NCBI GenBank assembly: GCA_964406515.1
Contig: CAYORV010000001.1
Coordinates: 33,956-97,955 of the forward strand
Direction of reading: 5' to 3'
Length of the DNA stretch: 64,000 bases
Source: Candidatus Woesearchaeota archaeon
GTDB taxonomy: Archaea; Nanobdellota; Nanobdellia; Pacearchaeales; GW2011-AR1
Each line of letters starts with the position of its first letter. Positions within the stretch are counted from its first letter, which is position 1. Shown here piece after piece: positions 19,231 through 29,368 of the stretch. The notes under the pieces were generated by a model. It worked only from the letters and a program-made list of their open reading frames with translations, was not told the origin of the DNA and ran no database searches. The translations under genes and the position numbers were made by a program.

Positions 19231-20784
19231 ATGAAAAATAAAATTCTTTTTTTGAAGGCAAGAACGGGGATTGATGATCCTTCCCCCCCATTATCATTTG
19301 GTTATTTGGGTGGAATCGCGAAAGAAAAAGGATTTGAAGTTCTTGTTGAAAATCTTAATGCTCAATATAATAATTTTTCAAACCAAGATATTATAGAACT
19401 AATAAAGAAAGAGAAACCAGATATTGTGGGGGTTCATATTTTTACAAATGCGGCTAGGGATTCTTATAAATTAATAAAAATGATAAGACCGCATAGTAAA
19501 ATGATTATTGCAGGGGGGCCTCATGCAACTGCTTATCCTGAAGAAATATTAGAAAGAGGAGTTGATATTGCTTTTGTAGGAGAGGCAGACATTTCTTTTG
19601 GAAAATTTTTAGATTCTATCTTATCCAAAAAATCTCTTAAAAAAGTAAAGGGGATTGTCTATAAAGAAAAAGGGAAAGTAATAAAAACAAAACCAGCAGA
19701 TTCAGTTGTTAATCTTGATGTCATTCCATTACAGGATAAATCAATTCATAGGAAATCTGATTATGTAAAAGTAAAGGATGAAATAAATAACTTTGGGCAA
19801 ATTTTGTCTACAAGGGGTTGTCCTGGAAGATGCACATATTGTTTTTCTTTGTTTAATAAATGTTATAGATATATGTCTGCTAAAAAAGTATTTGATGAAA
19901 TTCTGCAACTGCATAAGGATTATGACATTAATTTTTTTAATTTTATCGACGACGCATTTACAATAGATAAAAAAAGATTAAATGAACTTTGCGATTTGTT
20001 TATAAATTCTGATTTAAATCTTAAATGGTCTTGTGGGACAAGAGTTGATTTTTTAGATGAGGAGATAATCTCTAAAATGAAGGAAGCTGGATGTGAAATG
20101 ATTACGCTTGGAATTGAAACTTGTCTTCCTAAAACATTAAAAGAGATGGATAAAGTAATTGGAGCAAATGGGATAACAACACCTCAACTTTATACCAAAC
20201 GTGCTGATGATATCTTAAAATGGTGTTATAGAAAAAATATCAGAGTGGGGGTTAATGCCTTAACAGGATTTCCCTGGGAAACAGCAAAGGATATGAGAGA
20301 AATGCAAGATTACATAAACAGGATAAAAAAATATGTGACTCAGGGATTTTATGGAGGGATTTTACAGCCACAACCTGGAACAAAAATGTATAATGAATAT
20401 GCAAAAGAATATGGTTTTGAAGAATGGTGGATACACAAAAAACCGCTTTTTGAAGACACAAGTTACCATCCTTTCTTTATGACATACTATCATCAATATT
20501 GGGACCATCTCCATAATGATTTTTTTAAATTTGATAAGGAGATGTTCAAGGAATTAGATAAATTATACAGATTGATGGGAAGATGGAACATATATATTTT
20601 TTCTAGAAGAAGATTTGGTAAGAATTTTTTATCATATGGAATCTATCAAGGAGTTCTTTTTTTGAGCAAGATTTCTTATTTGATTTTCAAAGTTTCTCCA
20701 AAAATAGAAAGAATACTTATGGAAAGAGTAAAAAAATTTAGTTATCAATTTAAGTTTAGAAAAGGAAATAAAAATCTGAATTAA
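19231..20784 (+). CDS. Cobalamin-binding radical SAM protein
   Basis: PPLSFGYL; AGGPHAT; GEAD; RGCPGRCTYC; DDAF; GIET; start placed at ATG 19231 after a TATA box. Confidence 0.9.
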   Translation: MKNKILFLKARTGIDDPSPPLSFGYLGGIAKEKGFEVLVENLNAQYNNFSNQDIIELIKKEKPDIVGVHIFTNAARDSYKLIKMIRPHSKMIIAGGPHATAYPEEILERGVDIAFVGEADISFGKFLDSILSKKSLKKVKGIVYKEKGKVIKTKPADSVVNLDVIPLQDKSIHRKSDYVKVKDEINNFGQILSTRGCPGRCTYCFSLFNKCYRYMSAKKVFDEILQLHKDYDINFFNFIDDAFTIDKKRLNELCDLFINSDLNLKWSCGTRVDFLDEEIISKMKEAGCEMITLGIETCLPKTLKEMDKVIGANGITTPQLYTKRADDILKWCYRKNIRVGVNALTGFPWETAKDMREMQDYINRIKKYVTQGFYGGILQPQPGTKMYNEYAKEYGFEEWWIHKKPLFEDTSYHPFFMTYYHQYWDHLHNDFFKFDKEMFKELDKLYRLMGRWNIYIFSRRRFGKNFLSYGIYQGVLFLSKISYLIFKVSPKIERILMERVKKFSYQFKFRKGNKNLN

Positions 20785-20785
20785 T

Positions 20786-21958
20786 ATGAAAATCAAAGCT
20801 GTTCTTATTTCGCATGCATCTGTTTCAGTATATATGAAAGGTCAGAAACCACTCAGACAGATGATTCTTGACGATTGGTATTCTTTAACTGCCCAGCAAA
20901 TTAAAAAATTTTATCCTGAAATTGATGTTGAATGTTGGACTCCAGAGAGGGCGTTCAAAAAACCCCAAGAATTCAAAGAAAAAAATATAACCTACAGGCA
21001 ATTTCCTACAACTTTTTCTCCAAAATATGGTCTTGATTTTTCTATTCAAATGTTAAGAGAAATGAAAGAAGAAATGAAAAGAGCGGAGAAAGAGAATTAT
21101 AAAGTTATATTCCATTTACATGAATATCATAATTTACATGGTTTGATGATTGCCACGTTGTTTAAGAAAGGAAATATAATCGGGCAACACCATGGAGGAA
21201 GCTGGCCATTGAAACATCTAAAAGAAAATAAAAAATATCGTTTTTTCTTTCCTTTCTTTTTACTAGCACAAGTTTGGGAGAAGAAGGTCTTAAAGAATAT
21301 CAAATATTTTTATGCTTTGGGAAAAGAAGAAATAAATTATTTAGAAAAAATTGCTCCGAATTCTAAAACAAGATTTCAGACAATGGGAATTGAAGATTAT
21401 TATTATGAAAATATGGAAAAAGATGTTGCAAGAAAAAAGTTGAAATGGCCTCTTAATAAAAAAATACTCCTTTTTTTAGGGAGGCTTATTCCTGTAAAAG
21501 GTATTACCTATTTAATGGATGCTATGAAAGATTTGAAAGACGTTGAGTTAAAGGTTATTGGATGGGGAGATCAGGAACAAGAATACAAAGATTATGCTAA
21601 AATTAGAAAATTAGAAAATGTGGAATTTTTGGGTTCTTTTTTTTATAAGGAAAAGCTTCCCTACCTAAGTGGTGCTGATATTTTTATACTTCCCTCATCT
21701 AAGGAGGGAGCATCTGTGTCTGTTATGGAAGCTATGGCAAGAAATCTTCCGATTATCACGACAGACATTGGGGGAATGCCATTAATGGTGAAAAATGATA
21801 GAGAAGGTATAGTAATAGAGCAAAGAAATCCAAAAGATATTGTTAAAGCGGTTAGAAAAATATTAAATTGGAAAATAAAAAATGTTAAAAAATATGCGGA
21901 AAGGTATCGATGGAAAAAGATTATTGATGATACTGTGAAAGATTATGAAAATATATAA
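20786..21958 (+). CDS. Glycosyltransferase family 4
   Basis: FLGRLIPVKG; EGASVSVMEAMA (EX7E). Confidence 0.9.
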   Translation: MKIKAVLISHASVSVYMKGQKPLRQMILDDWYSLTAQQIKKFYPEIDVECWTPERAFKKPQEFKEKNITYRQFPTTFSPKYGLDFSIQMLREMKEEMKRAEKENYKVIFHLHEYHNLHGLMIATLFKKGNIIGQHHGGSWPLKHLKENKKYRFFFPFFLLAQVWEKKVLKNIKYFYALGKEEINYLEKIAPNSKTRFQTMGIEDYYYENMEKDVARKKLKWPLNKKILLFLGRLIPVKGITYLMDAMKDLKDVELKVIGWGDQEQEYKDYAKIRKLENVEFLGSFFYKEKLPYLSGADIFILPSSKEGASVSVMEAMARNLPIITTDIGGMPLMVKNDREGIVIEQRNPKDIVKAVRKILNWKIKNVKKYAERYRWKKIIDDTVKDYENI

Positions 21959-21996
21959 TCTTGGATAGAAATTCTTAAAAACTTTTTATTTTTAAG

Positions 21997-22968
21997 ATGA
22001 AAATGAGAATAGGCCTTATTGGGATTGGGGATATTGCAAATGAACATATTTATGCAATCGAAAAAGTAGATGGACTAGAATTAAAAGCATTATCTGATTT
22101 AGATGAAAAAAGAAATCCAAATATTTCGGGGGTTAAATTTTACAGAGATTATAAAGAAATGCTAAAAGATTCTGATTTAGGGGCTGTTACCATAGCAACT
22201 CCAAATTACCTTCATGAGCAGATGACTATAGACTCCTTAGATTCAGGAAAGCATGTTTTAGTGGAAAAGCCTATGGCTGCAACAATAGAACAGGCAGAAA
22301 GGATGACTGAAGCCGCAAAAAAATCAGACAAGAGTTTAATTGTTTCTTATCATTTTCAATTCAAACCAGAGATTCTTCATTTCCTTGGATCAATAAAAGA
22401 ATATGGAAAAATAAATGGGTTTAAAGTGCATATCAGCACTCCTCCACCTACATATAGACAATGGCTTTTAAAAAAAGAGCAATCGGGTGGCGGGCCTTGG
22501 ATCGATAATGGAACAAATTGTATAAGCATGATAAGATTATTTGTTAATGATTTGAAAGTTACTAAAGCTGAATTTGGTTATGAACAACAAGATGTTATCT
22601 GTAACAAAAAGATTGAAGATTATGCAAGAGTTGAGCTTTCTGGGAAGGGAGTTCAGGGAACAGCAGTATCTGATTGGAGAATGAATAGTAATCAACTAAA
22701 ACTAATCTCTCACTATGAAACATCAAAAGGTTCTGTTGTTCTAGATCATTTAGATAATACTGTTTCCTTTAATGGAAAAGAAGTTTTTAGAGGTATGAAT
22801 AGAAAAACAAAGGGGGGTGCTCTTGAGAAAGATCGGAGATATGAAATGGTTTATCAAGATTTTTTAAATAGAATTAGTAACAGAACAGGCAACATTGATG
22901 ATTCACTAAAATGTATGCGACTTGTTGTCGAAGCATATGAGTTGGGAAATAAAAATATTATTCTGTAA
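21997..22968 (+). CDS. Gfo/Idh/MocA family oxidoreductase
   Basis: GLIGIGDIA; ATPNYLH; VLVEKP; GGGPWIDNG. Confidence 0.9.
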   Translation: MKMRIGLIGIGDIANEHIYAIEKVDGLELKALSDLDEKRNPNISGVKFYRDYKEMLKDSDLGAVTIATPNYLHEQMTIDSLDSGKHVLVEKPMAATIEQAERMTEAAKKSDKSLIVSYHFQFKPEILHFLGSIKEYGKINGFKVHISTPPPTYRQWLLKKEQSGGGPWIDNGTNCISMIRLFVNDLKVTKAEFGYEQQDVICNKKIEDYARVELSGKGVQGTAVSDWRMNSNQLKLISHYETSKGSVVLDHLDNTVSFNGKEVFRGMNRKTKGGALEKDRRYEMVYQDFLNRISNRTGNIDDSLKCMRLVVEAYELGNKNIIL

Positions 22969-22993
22969 ATCTTATCAGTTTTTATTCTATCTC

Positions 22994-23022
22994 AAGATTA
23001 TACCTCAATAATCTTTATAAAT
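22994..23022 (+). repeat. 29-bp direct repeat, copy 1 (contains the promoter motif)
   Basis: AAGATTATACCTCAATAATCTTTATAAAT, identical to 23838-23866. Confidence 0.9.
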
Positions 23023-23042
23023 AATATTTTTGATTTAAGTTA

Positions 23043-23810
23043 ATGTTAGGGAATTATACACCCATAGATTATCGGAAATGGGTTCTTGGAGATAAAACAA
23101 GAGAAGGAGTTAATATAAAGAGGCTAAATTTGTTGACCCCCAATGAATTAAAAGTTTGGAAAGAAGCAGTTCCTTATCAAGATCAGAGAAATGATCCTGG
23201 GCATGGAGAGCTTGCTACTTATTTTGCAATAAAATCTCTTGATTATCTTCCTGGAAAAAGAGAGATTGCTATTCCTGCTGTAATTTGCCATGATACTGGT
23301 TGGCATGGAAATGATCCTGAAGCATGGAAAAGATTAACTGAAGCAAATAAAGATAACCCTCAAGCTCTTGATAGTGAAGAAAATCGAAGACCTCACCAAA
23401 ATAGAGGGATTTTATTAGCAGGAAGAATTTTAGAAAGAGCAGGATATTTTGAAAATTATCCTGTTGAAAACTGGTTGGAAATCGCAGATGCTATTGGAGA
23501 CCATGATACAAGAAAACTTCCAGTAACAGAAAATGGAAAAATTCTTAGAACAGGGGATTTTTTATGGAGAGTTACTTATCCTTGCATAGAAATGTATCTG
23601 AGCGATTTGAATTCTGAGGAATTGTTTGAAAGGGTGAAAAAAACGTGCTTAAATGATCCCACATCTCCATTAGAAGGAATTAGTTTTGAAATAGCCAAAT
23701 TTGAATTAGCAAATACAATGTATTTTAAGTTTGGAGAAGAACAAGCAAGACAAACTCTTGGTGAGGAATATAGTGAAGAATTAATGCAAGTTAAAGATTT
23801 TTACAAATAA
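23043..23810 (+). CDS. HD-domain phosphohydrolase-like protein
   Basis: H...ICHDTGW...DHD...GD pattern. Confidence 0.7.
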   Translation: MLGNYTPIDYRKWVLGDKTREGVNIKRLNLLTPNELKVWKEAVPYQDQRNDPGHGELATYFAIKSLDYLPGKREIAIPAVICHDTGWHGNDPEAWKRLTEANKDNPQALDSEENRRPHQNRGILLAGRILERAGYFENYPVENWLEIADAIGDHDTRKLPVTENGKILRTGDFLWRVTYPCIEMYLSDLNSEELFERVKKTCLNDPTSPLEGISFEIAKFELANTMYFKFGEEQARQTLGEEYSEELMQVKDFYK

Positions 23811-23837
23811 CTAACCTCAAAAGATAAAATTGTTATA

Positions 23838-23866
23838 AAGATTATACCTCAATAATCTTTATAAAT
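23838..23866 (+). repeat. 29-bp direct repeat, copy 2 (contains the promoter motif)
   Basis: Identical to 22994-23022; ends about 20 nt before ATG 23886. Confidence 0.9.
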
Positions 23867-23885
23867 TAAGTTAATAAAAAATTTC

Positions 23886-24863
23886 ATGAGTGTAATTAAT
23901 TTAGAACAAGCGAGTAAGGGTTTGTTAGATTTTCACAATCATTCAACTTATTCTGATGGAGGAGATACTCCCTCACAACTTGTAGAAAGAGCAAAAGAAT
24001 ATGGAGTTAGTGCTATGGCATTAACAGACCATCATGTTATAGGTGGCTTACCTGAATTTAGAAATGCTTGTGAAGAATTAGATATTTTGGGTATTCCTTT
24101 TGGAACAGAAATTGGGGTAGAACTTCCTCAAGAGATTTTAGAGGAAGGAGATAATGATTCTCCAGACATGGTTATTTTAGGGAGAAATCCAAGAAATGTG
24201 GAAGCAAAAATACAAGAGTATCAAGCCATTTTACAAGAAGACAGAGCAAATAGATTTTTACCAGAAACTTTTGAAAGAATGATAGAAAGGGGGTTTGATA
24301 TTCCCAGATTACCTTCAGATATAAAAACTGCTAATCCTGAAAGGCTAAACGAGTTAACAGAAGATTTGAAAAGAAATATGGCCAAAGGAGAGAATCTTGG
24401 AAAATTAATTGATTATATTCATAGCGTTGATTCTTCTATTAGGAGAGAAGATATTGAAGAACAACCAGGGAAATATGCAAATAAATTTTTTGCCATAGGT
24501 CAACCAGGATATGTAAAAAGATTGGAAGGATTTAGTTTAAGTGACGCAAAGACTTTATCAGAGGCGATGAATTGTAAATTGGGCATCGCACATCCAGGAG
24601 GAGAATACGGATTCCTATCAGATTCAGTATTATATCATATGATTGAAAAAGGAACCCACATAATAGAAACCCGAAATTATTTTAACACTCCTGAGCAAAA
24701 TGTCAGGTTTGATAAGATAGCAGGCGAACATAATTTAACCAGGTCTGGTGGTTCAGATTGTCATGGGGATAATAGCCCATTTAAAATTGGCATGTATGAT
24801 CGTCCTCAAAATCAGGTTCCTAAAGAGGTTCTAGAAGAATTGTGGGAAAGTTTGCCTGAATAA
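23886..24863 (+). CDS. PHP-domain phosphoesterase
   Basis: DFHNHSTYSDG; ALTDHH; AHP; GGSDCHG. Confidence 0.9.
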   Translation: MSVINLEQASKGLLDFHNHSTYSDGGDTPSQLVERAKEYGVSAMALTDHHVIGGLPEFRNACEELDILGIPFGTEIGVELPQEILEEGDNDSPDMVILGRNPRNVEAKIQEYQAILQEDRANRFLPETFERMIERGFDIPRLPSDIKTANPERLNELTEDLKRNMAKGENLGKLIDYIHSVDSSIRREDIEEQPGKYANKFFAIGQPGYVKRLEGFSLSDAKTLSEAMNCKLGIAHPGGEYGFLSDSVLYHMIEKGTHIIETRNYFNTPEQNVRFDKIAGEHNLTRSGGSDCHGDNSPFKIGMYDRPQNQVPKEVLEELWESLPE

Positions 24864-24867
24864 TTGG

Positions 24868-24917
24868 TTAAATAAAATTCACATCGCCACCATAACAATC
24901 TATTGTTGAATTGATTA
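24868..24917 (-). pseudogene. 50-bp remnant of the 3' end of a radical SAM gene
   Basis: 47/50 identical to 26934-26983; encodes INSTIDCYGGDVNFI* versus INSTIDCYGDDVNFI*. Confidence 0.9.
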
Positions 24918-25427
24918 AAATGGCCAATGGATAAAAAGATTATCATTTATTTGGGTAGGGTTGGTTATCTTAAAGGTACTAATTATTTAATAGAAGCTAT
25001 GAAAAAATTAAAAGATGTTGATTTAAAATTAATAGGGTGGCTTCAAGATGCAAATTTCAAAGAACTTGAATTATCTAAAGAAATGAAAAATGTTGAGTAT
25101 TTTGGAGCAATTTTTGGAAAAAAGAAACTTGTTTATACAAGTGCATGTGATGCTTTTGTTTTGCCTTCAACAAAAGAAGGAGCTTCAATTGTTGTAATGG
25201 AAGCTCTTGCAAGAAATTTGCCAGTTGTTTCAACAGATGTTGGAGTAATAAAATTAGTAATAGAAGGTGGTTTAAATGGTAAAATAATTCCCCGGAGATA
25301 GTGATGCCATTGTCAAAGCTGTAAAAGAAATTTTGATATGGAAGAAAAAAATGTGAAACAATATGCAGAAAAATATAGGTGGGAAAAAATAATTGATGAT
25401 ACTATAGAAGATTATGAAAATATTTAA
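24915..25427 (+). pseudogene. 5'-truncated, frameshifted GT4 paralog of 20786..21958
   Basis: Begins LKWPMDKK (cf. LKWPLNKK); frameshifts at the C4 run near 25290 and the A run near 25345; ends YRWEKIIDDTIEDYENI* (cf. YRWKKIIDDTVKDYENI*). Confidence 0.85.
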
Positions 25428-25432
25428 TATGT

Positions 25433-25460
25433 GAGATTATAACTCAATAAATTTTATAAA
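25433..25460 (+). promoter_or_regulatory. Extended TATA promoter motif
   Basis: GAGATTATAACTCAATAAATTTTATAAA, a variant of the 29-bp repeat, 21 nt before ATG 25482. Confidence 0.65.
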
Positions 25461-25481
25461 CTAAGTTATGTCTTTCTTTTT

Positions 25482-26909
25482 ATGGTGCAAAGAAAAAAAG
25501 TTATATTGATGTATCCTAATTTTGAATGGGCAGAATTTATGGAGAGAACAAAATGGATTACACATCCTTATAATATTGGGATTCTTGCAGCAATGATTGA
25601 AGATAAATATGATGTGAGTATAATTGATGCAAATATGGATAATTTATCTAAAAACGAATTTGCTGAATTAATAAAAAATTCACAACCAGATGTTCTTGGA
25701 ATATCTGTAGCTACAAACGAATATACCAAATCTGGATTAATTGCAGCTGAGATAGCAAAAAAAAATAATCCGAACACAAAGATCATCATGGGGGGTGTTG
25801 CAGTAACATCTAATCATAAACCTTTCATTGAAAACCCTCATGTAGATGGTGTAATTATTGGGGAAGGAGAATATGCTTTCAAAAAGTTTTGTAGTTTTTT
25901 ATGTGGGAAAGACGATTTTCCAGAAAAAGGAATTTTGTATAAAAAAGATGGTGAGATCATGGGAAGTGGCAGGGTAGATTTTATTCAAGATTTAGATAAA
26001 CTCCCTCTACCTGCATATCATCTAGTTGATTTTAAGAAATATACTACCCAAACACCAAGGGAGGGTATTGATAGACCAAGAGACAGACCTTATGCACGAA
26101 TTCTCACTTCTAGAGGTTGCCCACATAATTGCTGTTTTTGTGAAGTCGGTTCTATATCTGGAAAAAAAGTAAGATTTAGAAGTGTGGAAAATATTATCAA
26201 GGAGATTGAATGGTTAATCAAGGAATATGGTATAAAGGCGTTGATTTTTGATGATGATAATCTTACTATTGATAAAGAGAGAGCTAAGAAATTATTTAGA
26301 ACAATGATTGATAGAAAGTATAATTTAAAATGGCATGATTCTGCGATAGCCATAGGCACTTTGGATGATGAAATGCTCAGTCTGATGAAAGAAAGCGGTT
26401 GTGAATTTATAAATGTAGCAATTGAAAGTGGGAATCCAAGAGTGTCTAAAGAAATTGTACACAAACCTATTAATTTAGGATCTGTCAAAGAAATGATAAA
26501 GAAAATAAAGGATCCTGGGATTGATGTGGGTGCTAATTTTATAATAGGGTTTCCTGGAGAAACCTGGGAAGAGATAAGAGAAACTATTAAGTTTGCTGAA
26601 GACATAGATGTTGATTATGTAAGAATATTTATTGCAACTCCTCTCCCCAACACAGAACTCTATAGAATGGCAAGAGAAGGTGGATATTTAAAAGAAGGTT
26701 TTGATTTTAACAGGCATTTATGGACAGATGGGTGGATTGAAACCAATGAATTTCGTGCGCAGGATTTGAAAATTTTAAGAGCCTATGAATGGGACAGAAT
26801 TAATTTCTCAGACCCAGAGAAGAGGAAAAAGATAGCAAGAATGATGGGAATGAATGAAGAAAGGCTAAATGAAATTAGAAAAGATACCTTAAAGAGAGCT
26901 AATCCTTAG
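25482..26909 (+). CDS. Cobalamin-binding radical SAM protein
   Basis: HPYNIGILAA; GEGE; SRGCPHNCCFC; DDDNL; IESG; PLPNT. Confidence 0.9.
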   Translation: MVQRKKVILMYPNFEWAEFMERTKWITHPYNIGILAAMIEDKYDVSIIDANMDNLSKNEFAELIKNSQPDVLGISVATNEYTKSGLIAAEIAKKNNPNTKIIMGGVAVTSNHKPFIENPHVDGVIIGEGEYAFKKFCSFLCGKDDFPEKGILYKKDGEIMGSGRVDFIQDLDKLPLPAYHLVDFKKYTTQTPREGIDRPRDRPYARILTSRGCPHNCCFCEVGSISGKKVRFRSVENIIKEIEWLIKEYGIKALIFDDDNLTIDKERAKKLFRTMIDRKYNLKWHDSAIAIGTLDDEMLSLMKESGCEFINVAIESGNPRVSKEIVHKPINLGSVKEMIKKIKDPGIDVGANFIIGFPGETWEEIRETIKFAEDIDVDYVRIFIATPLPNTELYRMAREGGYLKEGFDFNRHLWTDGWIETNEFRAQDLKILRAYEWDRINFSDPEKRKKIARMMGMNEERLNEIRKDTLKRANP

Positions 26910-26933
26910 TTTAAGAATTGTTTTGGAAAAATA

Positions 26934-28016
26934 TCAAATAAAATTCACATCATCACCATAACAATCTATTGTTGAATTGATTAGAATATTTTTTGCATTA
27001 TTTGCACAATGATGCTTGCATTGTTCTTGAGGATTAAATGTTTCAAATATCTTTTTTGCTTCTTCGCTAAACCATAGCTCTTTGAAAGATTTATCTTTTA
27101 TTGAACCAAGAATTCCTGTTGATGAATAAGCTTTGTCATGACAAAAATAAACATTGCAATCAGCGCCAATCACAGGAACAGTCTGCATTATCCAACATCG
27201 ATTATAATTTCTTTCAGAAACACTTGCTCCTGAGAAGTCTCCTTCATATGTATCATAAACATTAAAACTTTCATCTTGGAATTCTTTTTTTGCTCTTTCA
27301 ATTTGTTCTAAAACTTGAGAATTTATTGGTGCATGATATTCTTTGAAATTCTGTATCCACATTGGAGTAATTTTTATATGGTTGCATCCCAAATCTTTAA
27401 AGTGTTTCACACTTCGATAAACTTGGTCAGCATTATCTTTATGGACGACAAAGTTTATTCCTAGTTCGCAGTTAGGGTCTTTTATTTGAGCAAATTTTCT
27501 TATGTTTTCTGTTAGCTTGTGAAACCATTCCTCAGGAACTCGTCTTATTTTTGAAAAAGATGCTGCATCACTTGCATCTGAAGATATTCTGACCCAATGC
27601 GCACGAGAAAGAATTTCTGCTTTTTTTCCTTCTAAACCTTGCCCGTTTGTTATAATTGATAGATTAATACCTGCATCAAGAATTTTCTGCATTGCTTCTT
27701 CAATATATGGATAAATCAAAGGTTCTCCTCCTCCAGAAAAAGTTACAGATTTAACTCCCATTTCTTTAAAGTCATTTATTATTTCCATTGTTTTTTCACG
27801 GGGAATTTCATCTAATCTATCTTTCATTTTATCCCTAACTTCTGTGTCCCCAGTATCAGGGGCATAAGAACAAAAAGCGCAATGATGATTACATCTATTG
27901 GTTGGTTTAAATCTAACATAAATTGGAGGAGTAATCTTTCCATCTACAAAAGATTTAAGTTTTTCATGATGCCAGAGAATCTTAAGCCCACCGTATCTTT
28001 GTTTTATTTCAGTCAT
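26934..28016 (-). CDS. Radical SAM/SPASM-domain protein
   Basis: CNHHCAFC; SGGGEP; C...YFCH...CKHHC; start placed at MTEIKQ (28016) after a TATA-like box. Confidence 0.85.
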   Translation of the reverse strand: MTEIKQRYGGLKILWHHEKLKSFVDGKITPPIYVRFKPTNRCNHHCAFCSYAPDTGDTEVRDKMKDRLDEIPREKTMEIINDFKEMGVKSVTFSGGGEPLIYPYIEEAMQKILDAGINLSIITNGQGLEGKKAEILSRAHWVRISSDASDAASFSKIRRVPEEWFHKLTENIRKFAQIKDPNCELGINFVVHKDNADQVYRSVKHFKDLGCNHIKITPMWIQNFKEYHAPINSQVLEQIERAKKEFQDESFNVYDTYEGDFSGASVSERNYNRCWIMQTVPVIGADCNVYFCHDKAYSSTGILGSIKDKSFKELWFSEEAKKIFETFNPQEQCKHHCANNAKNILINSTIDCYGDDVNFI

Positions 28017-28050
28017 CTTATAAAAGGATAATTTTAATTTATAAATATTA

Positions 28051-29235
28051 TTATCTTTTTTCCCTATCTTCAAGAACATTCCTCATTCTTTCTATTCCTT
28101 TCTCAATATTCTTAATAGAATTAGCGTAACATAATCTAACATAACCTTCACCTTGTTCTCCAAAAAAATTCCCCGGGCATATAGCAACTCCTGCTTTTTC
28201 AAGCATAAGATCAGAAAATTCTCCACTTGTAAGTCCGGTCTCCTTTATATTTGGGAAAACATAAAACGCTCCTTTTGGATTTAAACAACTAATGCCGGGT
28301 AAACTATTTAATTTTTCAACAATAACATCTCTCCTTTTTCTAAATTCATCTATCATATCACTAATCGGTTCTTGACTGCCTTTCATAGCTTCTATTCCTG
28401 CCCTTTGTATGAATGGTGAAACGCATGAACTTGTTGTTTCAAGCAACAACCCCATTTTTTCAATTAAATCCGAAGGTCCTGTCACAGCTCCAAGACGCCA
28501 ACCAGTCATAGCATAAGTTTTGCTAAAAGCATGAACCACAATTGTTCTTTTTTTACATTGGTCATATTTGCTTGGAGAACAAAAATGAGTTTCTGAATCA
28601 GGATAAACCATTCTGCCATAAACTTCATCACTTAATAAGTATAAATCATATTTTTCAGCGATATTATAAATTCTTTCCATTTCTTTTTCTGTCATAACAG
28701 AACCTGTAGGATTGTGCGGGGAATTAATTATAATCATCCTTGTTTTATCTGTTATCATTTTTTCAACATCATCAGGATTTAATCTAAATTCATTTTTTTC
28801 ATAAAGAGGAATCTTTACTGGCTTAACTCCTAGAACTTTAAGTATTGAATTATATGAAACAAAACTGGGATCAGGAATAATAACTTCTTCCCCGGGATTT
28901 ACTGCACATGATACAGCATAATAAATTTGTATATTTGCTCCTGCAGTAACTAAAATTTGATTTAATTCAGGTTTAAATTTTCTAGACCTTTCTGTCATCT
29001 CTACTGCAATTTTTTTAAATTCTAATAACCCAGAAGAATTTGTATAATGGGTATCTCCTTTTTTTAAGGCTTCACAAGCAGCTTCAACAATACTTTTTGG
29101 AGTATCAAAATCAGGGTCCCCTATTTCAAAATGAATAATTTCCTTTCCTTGCCTTTCAAGCTCTTGAGCCTTGGCAAGTATTTGAAACATTTTTTGCCCT
29201 TCTATTTTATGTGCAACATCGGATAATCTTCTCAT
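28051..29235 (-). CDS. Class I PLP-dependent aminotransferase
   Basis: GDPDF; NSPHNPTG; DEVY; FSKTYAMTGWRLG. Confidence 0.9.
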   Translation of the reverse strand: MRRLSDVAHKIEGQKMFQILAKAQELERQGKEIIHFEIGDPDFDTPKSIVEAACEALKKGDTHYTNSSGLLEFKKIAVEMTERSRKFKPELNQILVTAGANIQIYYAVSCAVNPGEEVIIPDPSFVSYNSILKVLGVKPVKIPLYEKNEFRLNPDDVEKMITDKTRMIIINSPHNPTGSVMTEKEMERIYNIAEKYDLYLLSDEVYGRMVYPDSETHFCSPSKYDQCKKRTIVVHAFSKTYAMTGWRLGAVTGPSDLIEKMGLLLETTSSCVSPFIQRAGIEAMKGSQEPISDMIDEFRKRRDVIVEKLNSLPGISCLNPKGAFYVFPNIKETGLTSGEFSDLMLEKAGVAICPGNFFGEQGEGYVRLCYANSIKNIEKGIERMRNVLEDREKR

Positions 29236-29368
29236 TTTAATATAAAAGTTTAATGAAATTTGTATATAAATATTCCCTAAGATACCTCTTCATAATTTAG
29301 GTTATTGTAAGAAATAGCTATTAAAGATATATAAATTTTAAAAAGCTAGTAATTTTTATTATATTTCA

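Noticed and set aside
24927..25301. 124-aa ORF as an intact glycosyltransferase
   Set aside because: It is the middle of a truncated, doubly frameshifted copy of 20786..21958
25285..25355. Programmed frameshifting or phase variation in the GT4 copy
   Set aside because: The runs are short and the gene also lacks its N-terminal half, so decay is simpler
22994..25460. 29-bp repeats as a CRISPR array
   Set aside because: Only two exact copies plus a variant, separated by whole genes; no cas genes
29276..29301. CCTAA...TTAGG inverted repeat in a divergent intergenic region
   Set aside because: 5-bp arms are expected by chance
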